From a virus (taxonomy: Duplodnaviria > Caudoviricetes): a DNA stretch of 64,000 nt. The notes below the pieces were generated by a model that was not told where the DNA came from, ran no database searches, and saw only the letters and a list, made by a program, of their open reading frames with translations. Within the stretch, counting starts at the first letter, position 1. Every line of letters begins with the position of its first letter. The stretch is from positions 1 through 64,000 of IMG/VR virus record IMGVR_UViG_2897842695_000001; one strand, written 5' to 3'. A program made the translations under genes and the position numbers. Positions 49,248 through 55,996 of the stretch are shown here, piece by piece.

Positions 49248-50082
49248 CGGTCACATTCTCCACTGCTTCAACGTATTTCATGATGTTTTTGTCAATGTCC
49301 TCTTTAGAGAAGAACAGGCCGGACAGGTCCGAGCTAAACATGCGGTTAAGCGCTTGCTGTGGTGGCAATACGCCGCCATCAAGCAACAAATCAACGTAGC
49401 TTGCATAACATGATTGGTAGTCGCTCCAGTCTTTGTGATTGGTAATGTCTACCACTGACACACCATTAGCGATCGCAATAAAGTTCAGCTCGCTGGTGTT
49501 CGGGATGTAAGCCTTTTTCAGTGATGGAATTAGCGAGCCACCAGCGACACGGGCCGCAAATACATGGTTTGGATATTCCGCTTCAAGTTCGGCCATGTGG
49601 CGCTCATGTGTGACTGGATGAGGCTTGACCATGCCGCCCTCTTGAAATACGCATTCATTCACTTTCAAGAAGTCGATAGCAATACGCATACAGTTAGAAC
49701 CGGCCAAGAACGCTACTACTTCCGGATGTTTCATTGAGCGGCGTAGCTTGTATTTGTCTGGAGTGACAGATGAGCGGATCTGTTCGCAGTAATCAATCAG
49801 GTTTGCTGGCTTGTGCTGCATTGCTGCGCGTAGAACGGTCATGTGAGTGTCGTAGTGCATGTAGCGAATCGACACGCCACCAAGCGCACCACAAAACTCA
49901 TGGATCGCGAATGAACCCTCGCCGTTGTTGTGGCAAATATCGAAGTCAACGTTATAGCCCATACCACGTAACTTGATTAAGGCATACTCGGCCAGCTGTC
50001 GGCTGGTGTTACCTTGGCTAGTTGGTAGGACCGTACCAGTACGTGCAAACGCTGAACGGTTATCAACAATCTCTGATTTCAT
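49219..50082 (-). CDS. Putative GT-B glycosyltransferase (KpsC/KpsS or sialyltransferase-like C-domain)
   Basis: VKPHP motif and NTSELNFIAIANGVSV, like the KxHP...nS..g.eA...G..V pattern. Confidence 0.5.
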   Translation of the reverse strand: MKSEIVDNRSAFARTGTVLPTSQGNTSRQLAEYALIKLRGMGYNVDFDICHNNGEGSFAIHEFCGALGGVSIRYMHYDTHMTVLRAAMQHKPANLIDYCEQIRSSVTPDKYKLRRSMKHPEVVAFLAGSNCMRIAIDFLKVNECVFQEGGMVKPHPVTHERHMAELEAEYPNHVFAARVAGGSLIPSLKKAYIPNTSELNFIAIANGVSVVDITNHKDWSDYQSCYASYVDLLLDGGVLPPQQALNRMFSSDLSGLFFSKEDIDKNIMKYVEAVENVTGESLRKIVE

Positions 50083-50084
50083 GA

Positions 50085-50411
50085 TTACGCCTCGACTGGA
50101 GCAACACGGTTTAGATGGCCGTCAACACGCATCTTGATAGAGTCGATAATTGATGTTTTGACTTGCTCTAGCGCCTGTTCGTATTCAGCGACGATGGCAT
50201 CTTTATCGTTATCTAACTGAGCGATGTGCTCAACGATTACTTCTGCGTTTTGTTTTGCGTGCTCAATGGTCGCCTCAACGATCGTTTTTAGCTCTGCATT
50301 AGAAGCAAGAACGGATTTCACCGCCTCATTGGCGTTATTCGCGATGGTCGTTACTTCTTTAAGTTTTTCTTCAAGCTCGCGAACGCGTAAGTCTAATTGT
50401 GTTTCACTCAT
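50085..50411 (-). CDS. Acidic coiled-coil protein, 108 aa
   Basis: Heptad pattern; AGGA SD. Confidence 0.7.
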   Translation of the reverse strand: MSETQLDLRVRELEEKLKEVTTIANNANEAVKSVLASNAELKTIVEATIEHAKQNAEVIVEHIAQLDNDKDAIVAEYEQALEQVKTSIIDSIKMRVDGHLNRVAPVEA

Positions 50412-50432
50412 CTTTAATTTTCCTAGTGCATT

Positions 50433-50460
50433 AAAAAAGGCCGTTCGGAATGAACAGCCT
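50433..50460 (-). terminator. Internal terminator/attenuator between repeat-protein genes and enzyme genes
   Basis: AGGCTGTTC-ATTCC-GAACGGCCT-TTTTT on the minus strand; contains operator core CATTCCGAAC. Confidence 0.6.
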
Positions 50461-50496
50461 ATAATTTACATCATTTTTGAACGATTGGCATTATGC

Positions 50497-50652
50497 CTAC
50501 GAGCGAGCTGATTGAGTAACCCACGATGTAGTTTTCGCCGTCATGTAGCTAGTCGTTTTCGCCGTTACATGGCCGTCAGAACCAAAACCCATTGTTGTAC
50601 GCGAGGTCATTGTTACTGTAGTTCGGCTTGTAGTGTGTACTTGGTTTTGCAT
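50497..50652 (-). CDS. Unannotated 51-aa Thr-rich repeat peptide
   Basis: Hand translation MQNQVHTTSRTTVTMTSRTTMGFGSDGHVTAKTTSYMTAKTTSWVTQSARS; TAAGGA SD; same tetrapeptide grammar as the upstream gene. Confidence 0.75.
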   Translation of the reverse strand: MQNQVHTTSRTTVTMTSRTTMGFGSDGHVTAKTTSYMTAKTTSWVTQSARS

Positions 50653-50669
50653 GATTTTTCCTTAGTTGG

Positions 50670-51809
50670 TTATACGACAACAAGTGTCGTTTTACTGGTT
50701 GTGTAAGTTGTCGTGAAGCTGGTACTAATCGTTGTCGATTTGCTGAAATTCTTCTTAGTCGTTTTCGAAGTTGTGACCGTAGTATTTCGTGAACCAACCC
50801 AAGACGTTGTTTTATCTGTTGCCTTAGACGTTGCAGCTGAATAGCTCCAAGTTGTTGTCCAAGTCGTTGTCTTGCCAGCTGTGGTCCAGCTAGTTGATAC
50901 GCCGCCAGTGCTCCAGCTAGTCGTCTTAGTGGTGCTTTGTGAAGCTTTCCAAGAAGTTGTGTAGCTAGTGCCAACCGCTGTACCAAACGAGGTTGATTTC
51001 GTTGTGGCCTTGCTGGTTGATTTACTGTTTGGCACGTTCGTAGACCAAGTTGTTGTCTTAGCCGTAGTTTTGGAAGTACCAAAGCTGGTGTTAACCGCTG
51101 CCGTCCAAGCCGTTGTATAGCTTGTAGTACGAGAAGTGGTGTAACCCTTACTCGCGTATGGACCGGTCGCCCAAGTCGTCGTCTTGGTGGTCGTTTTGGA
51201 GTACGAATAAGTTGTGCTTCGTGTGGTGTTCCAAGAAGTTGTCTTGTTCGTGCTCTTAGACGTGTTACGAGGCGAGGTCCAACTTGTAGTCCAAGTCGTT
51301 GTGCCAGCTGTAGAACGGCTGGTTGATTTCGTCGTAGATTTCGTCGTGGTCTTGCTGGCCGTCCAAGTCGTAGTAACCGCTGTACCTTTTGACGTTGTAC
51401 GCGTGGTTGTTTTCGACGTAGTACCGCTGGTTAATTGGCTGGTGCTCTTTGACGCGGTTTTAGTGGTGTTCCAGCTTGTCGTTCCCGCCGTTGTCTTACT
51501 GCATGTTACAGACGTTGCAAAAGTCGATACCCAAGACGTACTAGCATCACCGACCCAAGAGGTAGTGATACTGGTTGTTTTTGAGGTTGTTTTGCTGGTG
51601 GACCAATACGTTGTTTTCAGACTCAAACGACACGCGCCGTAGAAGTCCGACAACTTGATTGCACCCGTTGTAGGTACTTTGGCATTCTCCGGAATATCCG
51701 GAATGATACCGCCACCACGATAGAGCTGAGACAAAGCAAGTGCGCCCGTCTGGCCGTAGTAGTCGCGGATCTGCAATAGCGACAATGCGCCGCTACTTGG
51801 TAATGGCAT
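50670..51809 (-). CDS. Thr/Ser/Lys/Trp tetrapeptide-repeat protein with phage fibre-tip-type N-terminal domain
   Basis: MPLPSSGALSL...LSQLYRGG...PTTGAIKLSDFYGA leader (~60 aa), then ~320 aa of T-[S/T]-X-[T/S] repeats. Confidence 0.85.
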   Translation of the reverse strand: MPLPSSGALSLLQIRDYYGQTGALALSQLYRGGGIIPDIPENAKVPTTGAIKLSDFYGACRLSLKTTYWSTSKTTSKTTSITTSWVGDASTSWVSTFATSVTCSKTTAGTTSWNTTKTASKSTSQLTSGTTSKTTTRTTSKGTAVTTTWTASKTTTKSTTKSTSRSTAGTTTWTTSWTSPRNTSKSTNKTTSWNTTRSTTYSYSKTTTKTTTWATGPYASKGYTTSRTTSYTTAWTAAVNTSFGTSKTTAKTTTWSTNVPNSKSTSKATTKSTSFGTAVGTSYTTSWKASQSTTKTTSWSTGGVSTSWTTAGKTTTWTTTWSYSAATSKATDKTTSWVGSRNTTVTTSKTTKKNFSKSTTISTSFTTTYTTSKTTLVVV

Positions 51810-51811
51810 TA

Positions 51812-52381
51812 CTACCCCCTAAGCGTGCTGATAGCCGCTTGAACCATATCGAAAACCGCATAAGGCCGATGAACAATAGCGCTCTCGCCTATACGGTTAG
51901 CCACAAATAGGATCGCTCCAGCCTCAAAGCCTAGTTCTTGGCCTAGCCGCAATAGCTGGGAGGTTTCCATATCTTCTACAGGGAAGCCGTCAACCGGCTT
52001 GCTCTTGGTGTAAAGCAAATCTGTTGTGACACACCCTGTTAACGGTAAGTTGGGAAATAGAAAGGACGGGTAAGTGTGTGAATCTTCACGGCTGCATGCA
52101 CGGGACACGGCCACCAGCGAACCAAGCAATGATTCATCTTGTGTTCCTGCCGTACCGATGCGAATAGCTCGCTCAACTGGATAAATCCCTTTGAGTTGTC
52201 GCACGGCATAGTCAATTGATGGTCGGCCCATTCCACAAGCACAAACGCCAATGTCGGAAGCAAACCAGACGCTAAAAAACGGCTGGTAAATATCCGGCTC
52301 ACTTGGCGCGTTCGCATCAATGATTTTAGCGATCGCTTGCGCCCTATTAGGGCAACCAGTGAAGATCCACAACTTAACCAT
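51812..52381 (-). CDS. Nucleoside phosphorylase-I fold enzyme (DeoD/Udp-like)
   Basis: TGCPNRA, GMGRPS, IRIGTAG, TDLLY and EDMET correspond to PGDPxRA, GMGxPS, IRxG, DxFY and EME motifs. Confidence 0.8.
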   Translation of the reverse strand: MVKLWIFTGCPNRAQAIAKIIDANAPSEPDIYQPFFSVWFASDIGVCACGMGRPSIDYAVRQLKGIYPVERAIRIGTAGTQDESLLGSLVAVSRACSREDSHTYPSFLFPNLPLTGCVTTDLLYTKSKPVDGFPVEDMETSQLLRLGQELGFEAGAILFVANRIGESAIVHRPYAVFDMVQAAISTLRG

Positions 52382-54159
52382 TAAGCACGGGCCTGTAGCA
52401 GTTCTTTTACGGCTGCCTCAACAAAGCTCAATCGGTCCTCAAGACGGCTAATTGTGTTCTGTTGCTGCTTAATACCCTCGATGAGTAGAGCAACCATATT
52501 GCCGTATGCGACTGATAGCTTGCCGTCTGGTCCTGCTTTCACCACATTAGGTAGCACTGCCGCGACTTCCTGCGCGATTACGCCCGTATGCCAACTATCA
52601 TCTTGCTTTAGCTGGTAGTCGTAACCGTTCAGCTGCATGATCTTGTTGATTGCGTCCGTTAGTGGCTGGAAGTTCTTTTTGATTCGCTTATCAGATAGAC
52701 CTTGCAAGTCACCAGACAGCGTTAAGTTGCCGGTTTCAAAGTCAAAGACAAAGCGATCCGCTGAACCCTTGCGCATGTTTAGCTTGAAGCCAGACAAAGC
52801 ATCGAGAAAAGCAGACGTACCATTGAAGTACAAACCTAGATCGTTGTCGTTACCAAGCAACAATTTCACGTTGTCGTTTAGTGCCGTGCTGCCAGTGAAT
52901 CGACCACCAGCTTTAGGCATCTTGGTATCAGCTACGGCTACAGCATCTTTGACCGCTTTAGGCGTGGCCGCTTTTTCTTCGCTGGTCGAGTCAATCGCAC
53001 TTGATAGCTGAACAACACCGGCGCGTTGAAGCGTAGCCGCCAAAACAGAAAGCGTTAGTGCGCTGCCAAGCTGGCCGCCACCAGTCAATGCGCCGCTGGT
53101 ATTGATGAGCGCGGTTTTCTCCAGTTTCTTAGCCAGTTCGCCGGTGATTGAATCTAGAATGCTTTCATTGGCCTCAAGCTCTTTGATTAGAGCCTCTAGG
53201 TTTTTCAGCATTTCCGGATCAGTACCGCCTAAAAGCGTCTGAATGGAGTTATCCGTGTACTTGGCCGCGTCCACACCTACTTGTAGGGCAAATGCTTTCA
53301 ACGCTTTTAGCGCTGCTGCTGCTGCCGCCAATTCGGTACTGTCAGAGTCCAATTCACTTGTTAGGCGAACACCACCTAGCTTAGTGGTCGTTGCTTGGGC
53401 CAAACCAAGCATCAAACCGTCAGCCAATGCACCGCCACCAGTCAAACCCTCGGACACGCCGACTTGAATTTTACCTAGTGATTCGCGAGCGCCTAGCTCA
53501 ATACCACGCCATAACTGAGGCAATAGAACCGGCTTAGGGGATTTACTTTTGTTATCAATATCTGCGTCTGTAGCTGCCGAATCGACACGCATATATTGTT
53601 TATGTGGATCATGAGCCGCAATGTGTCGCGCTAGGTCCAAACCACCATCCATGCGCTGATTAAAGCTCATGTATGATTCATCTAGGACTAGCGTTCCAGC
53701 TGGCACGTCAAAGGAAGCAAGAATTACATGGTGCGCTTGCAGCTTGCCCTCTTGAACGATCTTCAATGAAGCCGCATCGTAAGCTGATCGAATATCAATT
53801 TGCTTCGTGATAAGGCCGTGTTGGTAGATCGCCTCGATAACTGCATAGCTACGGCCAATTGGCACGGTCAACACAACATCATGCTGTTGGCGAACTGTCA
53901 GCAAGTAGCCGTCACGTTCAACCATTGCAACGCCGTATTGTTGGCCGGACGTAACGTTAACGGTCATGGTGTTACCAATCACCGCCACATTAAAGCCACG
54001 GTACACACCAGCTTCTACAATGCCGCAAAGCTTACGGTTCAAACTTTCCGAGCTGTTTGGCTCTAGGTATTGCGTATCTGCAATAAGAGGCAAACTCTCG
54101 ATCTCGTTAATGGTAGGCGGTATTAAAACCGCCTCCTCATGTCGTCGTTGCCCACTCAT
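52381..54159 (-). CDS. Tail fibre protein (P1 S-type N-terminus, fibre repeats, C-terminal S74 intramolecular chaperone)
   Basis: QYLEP..SESLNRKL N-domain, GVVQLSS...AATPKAVK repeat, SDKRIK...GVIAQEV...VAYG. Confidence 0.88.
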   Translation of the reverse strand: MSGQRRHEEAVLIPPTINEIESLPLIADTQYLEPNSSESLNRKLCGIVEAGVYRGFNVAVIGNTMTVNVTSGQQYGVAMVERDGYLLTVRQQHDVVLTVPIGRSYAVIEAIYQHGLITKQIDIRSAYDAASLKIVQEGKLQAHHVILASFDVPAGTLVLDESYMSFNQRMDGGLDLARHIAAHDPHKQYMRVDSAATDADIDNKSKSPKPVLLPQLWRGIELGARESLGKIQVGVSEGLTGGGALADGLMLGLAQATTTKLGGVRLTSELDSDSTELAAAAAALKALKAFALQVGVDAAKYTDNSIQTLLGGTDPEMLKNLEALIKELEANESILDSITGELAKKLEKTALINTSGALTGGGQLGSALTLSVLAATLQRAGVVQLSSAIDSTSEEKAATPKAVKDAVAVADTKMPKAGGRFTGSTALNDNVKLLLGNDNDLGLYFNGTSAFLDALSGFKLNMRKGSADRFVFDFETGNLTLSGDLQGLSDKRIKKNFQPLTDAINKIMQLNGYDYQLKQDDSWHTGVIAQEVAAVLPNVVKAGPDGKLSVAYGNMVALLIEGIKQQQNTISRLEDRLSFVEAAVKELLQARA

Positions 54160-54160
54160 A

Positions 54161-54652
54161 CTATCGACCGCTCACCATCATGTTTGCAGCTTCACCAAGG
54201 TTTGTGTTGATTACGATTTCACAAGAGATACCGCGATCTGAGTAAACCCAAATTGGCTGAGTAACAGCGATAATTACGTACTTGTTATCTTTGTCTTTAA
54301 CGCCGATACAGCTGAATTGCTCGCTTTGATCTGCTGGAATGCTACCCGCTGGCAAGTTACACGTAATAACGATCTGGCCGTTGATGAAGTTGTAAACTGG
54401 ACGGTTAGTTGCAAATACGCGTTCTAGAGACTCAACCTCTGACGGGATAGGCGCAACACTTGGCTTGCCGCCAACGTCCTCAATGAAACCATATCCCCAA
54501 TCAATATCAGCAAGCTGGAAATACGGCTCGCTACCGATTGGAAGCATGGACAAAGCACGTTGCTCATAGTAGCGATCCAGTAGTAATGAATCTTCTAAGA
54601 CAACTTTCGGTTGAGGTGCTACGCCCTCACTTGCTTGAATTTCTTCTGCCAC
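54161..54652 (-). CDS. Tail/baseplate protein (P1 gpR position)
   Basis: LLDRYYEQRALS; between gene 16 and S as in P1. Confidence 0.6.
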   Translation of the reverse strand: MAEEIQASEGVAPQPKVVLEDSLLLDRYYEQRALSMLPIGSEPYFQLADIDWGYGFIEDVGGKPSVAPIPSEVESLERVFATNRPVYNFINGQIVITCNLPAGSIPADQSEQFSCIGVKDKDNKYVIIAVTQPIWVYSDRGISCEIVINTNLGEAANMMVSGR

Positions 54653-54700
54653 AAATACGCCCCTTTAGGATGTTTGTTCGGAACTAATTAGATAAATTGC

Positions 54701-55996
54701 TTAGACGTAACGATCTAAACGTACTGAATCGACGGGCGATTCATCCAAACGAACACTTGTGACACCAGCTGGTTTGCGTAGGCCGACCTCTTTAGGCTCA
54801 AAACGGGCCTGTATTTCGATCGAGTTATCTGCGCTTTCAATTGCGTCAGATACACGCATTTTAGTGGCTACTTGTGCGTAACTATTTTCTATTTGTGGGC
54901 GTTTTTCAGATAGGACAACACGCCAAAGCTTCTCGTAGATAAAGAAGTTTTTATCGAGCCTCACCGTGTCGGAAGAAACACAATCGAGGCGCGTTCTGGC
55001 TTGTTTTTGGGGAATAGGTTGAGGTTCATCTACAGTAGTAAATTTACCAGCTTCTACCGCCAGCGTATATTTACTTTGTTCCTCTTTTTCGGCCAAATTG
55101 ACCGTTTGACGGGTTTTATTAAACCCATTTTCTGAGGATTCTAGCGCATTTGTTAGGAATGTGCGCCATACCTTTTCATAGACAAAGAAATTTTTATCGA
55201 CGCGGAATGTGTCGCTCGCGTAAGCATCTAGACGTGTTCGGGCCTGTCGCGTTGGGATTGCTCTTGGCTTGTCCTCATCAAACCAATCTAGCGTGATTTT
55301 CTGGATGAACTTAGGCACATCATCGAGATCTTCAATACGGATCGTAGTGTCAACTTGTGAGATACCCTGCACTACCCATTCAATCACATCCCAAAGCTCG
55401 AATTTCAGATAGTAGCTAGTACCCTGCATAACGATACGCAAAGGCACTAGCGGGTAAACAACGCGGCGGAGCTTTTCTTCAAACTCACGCAAAGATTCTT
55501 CGTCGTTAACGCGAACCTCGTTGAGTGGCACTTGGATCACGCCTCGGCTGGTCATGAACCAGTCTTTGTTTTCCTGCATATCCAAATCGTCAGCTGTCAC
55601 CAGTACAGTGCCATAAGGATATTTAACTAGGTCCGTAGGCGCGTATAACGGCTGCCAAGTCACCTCCATACCCGCAAACTCACGGCGTAACGTTGCCTCT
55701 AGTGGGTAAACGGTTTTCTTTAGGTGGATCTGGTCTTGGCGCTGCATAACTGTCATTGGTAGGTCAGTTTCAGCCACATCACCGAACGCGAAAAAGTCGC
55801 CTAGTTCCCTAACCTCAACTTGCAGATCTTGAGGCTGCATATCAAAGAGAGAGTTACGGGTTTTAATCCGCTCTAGGTAGTTCTCGACGTGTGATTCCAA
55901 AAGCGAGCCAAGGGCATGAGCAAAGTCAGTCCATGCCTCGGTATTTTGCTTGGTTCGGGTAAGCTGGCTTTTCAGCCAGCTTTGCAAGTTACTCAT
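54701..55996 (-). CDS. Baseplate protein (P1 gp16-like) with triplicated C-terminal motif
   Basis: SWLKSQLT, WQPLYAP and FMTSRG motifs; three RLD..S/VD..R.D units. Confidence 0.7.
   Translation of the reverse strand: MSNLQSWLKSQLTRTKQNTEAWTDFAHALGSLLESHVENYLERIKTRNSLFDMQPQDLQVEVRELGDFFAFGDVAETDLPMTVMQRQDQIHLKKTVYPLEATLRREFAGMEVTWQPLYAPTDLVKYPYGTVLVTADDLDMQENKDWFMTSRGVIQVPLNEVRVNDEESLREFEEKLRRVVYPLVPLRIVMQGTSYYLKFELWDVIEWVVQGISQVDTTIRIEDLDDVPKFIQKITLDWFDEDKPRAIPTRQARTRLDAYASDTFRVDKNFFVYEKVWRTFLTNALESSENGFNKTRQTVNLAEKEEQSKYTLAVEAGKFTTVDEPQPIPQKQARTRLDCVSSDTVRLDKNFFIYEKLWRVVLSEKRPQIENSYAQVATKMRVSDAIESADNSIEIQARFEPKEVGLRKPAGVTSVRLDESPVDSVRLDRYV

Noticed and set aside
50576-51642. Alternative-frame ORFs 50576..51082 (-) and 51214..51642 (+)
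   Set aside because: They are shadows of the Thr/Ser repeat codons and have no RBS.
46829-52381. DNA hypermodification (e.g. 7-deazaguanine/QueE) reading of the rSAM and phosphorylase genes
   Set aside because: No QueC, QueD, FolE or DpdA-like genes; location in a tail operon next to repeat proteins favours protein substrates, though DNA modification is not formally excluded.
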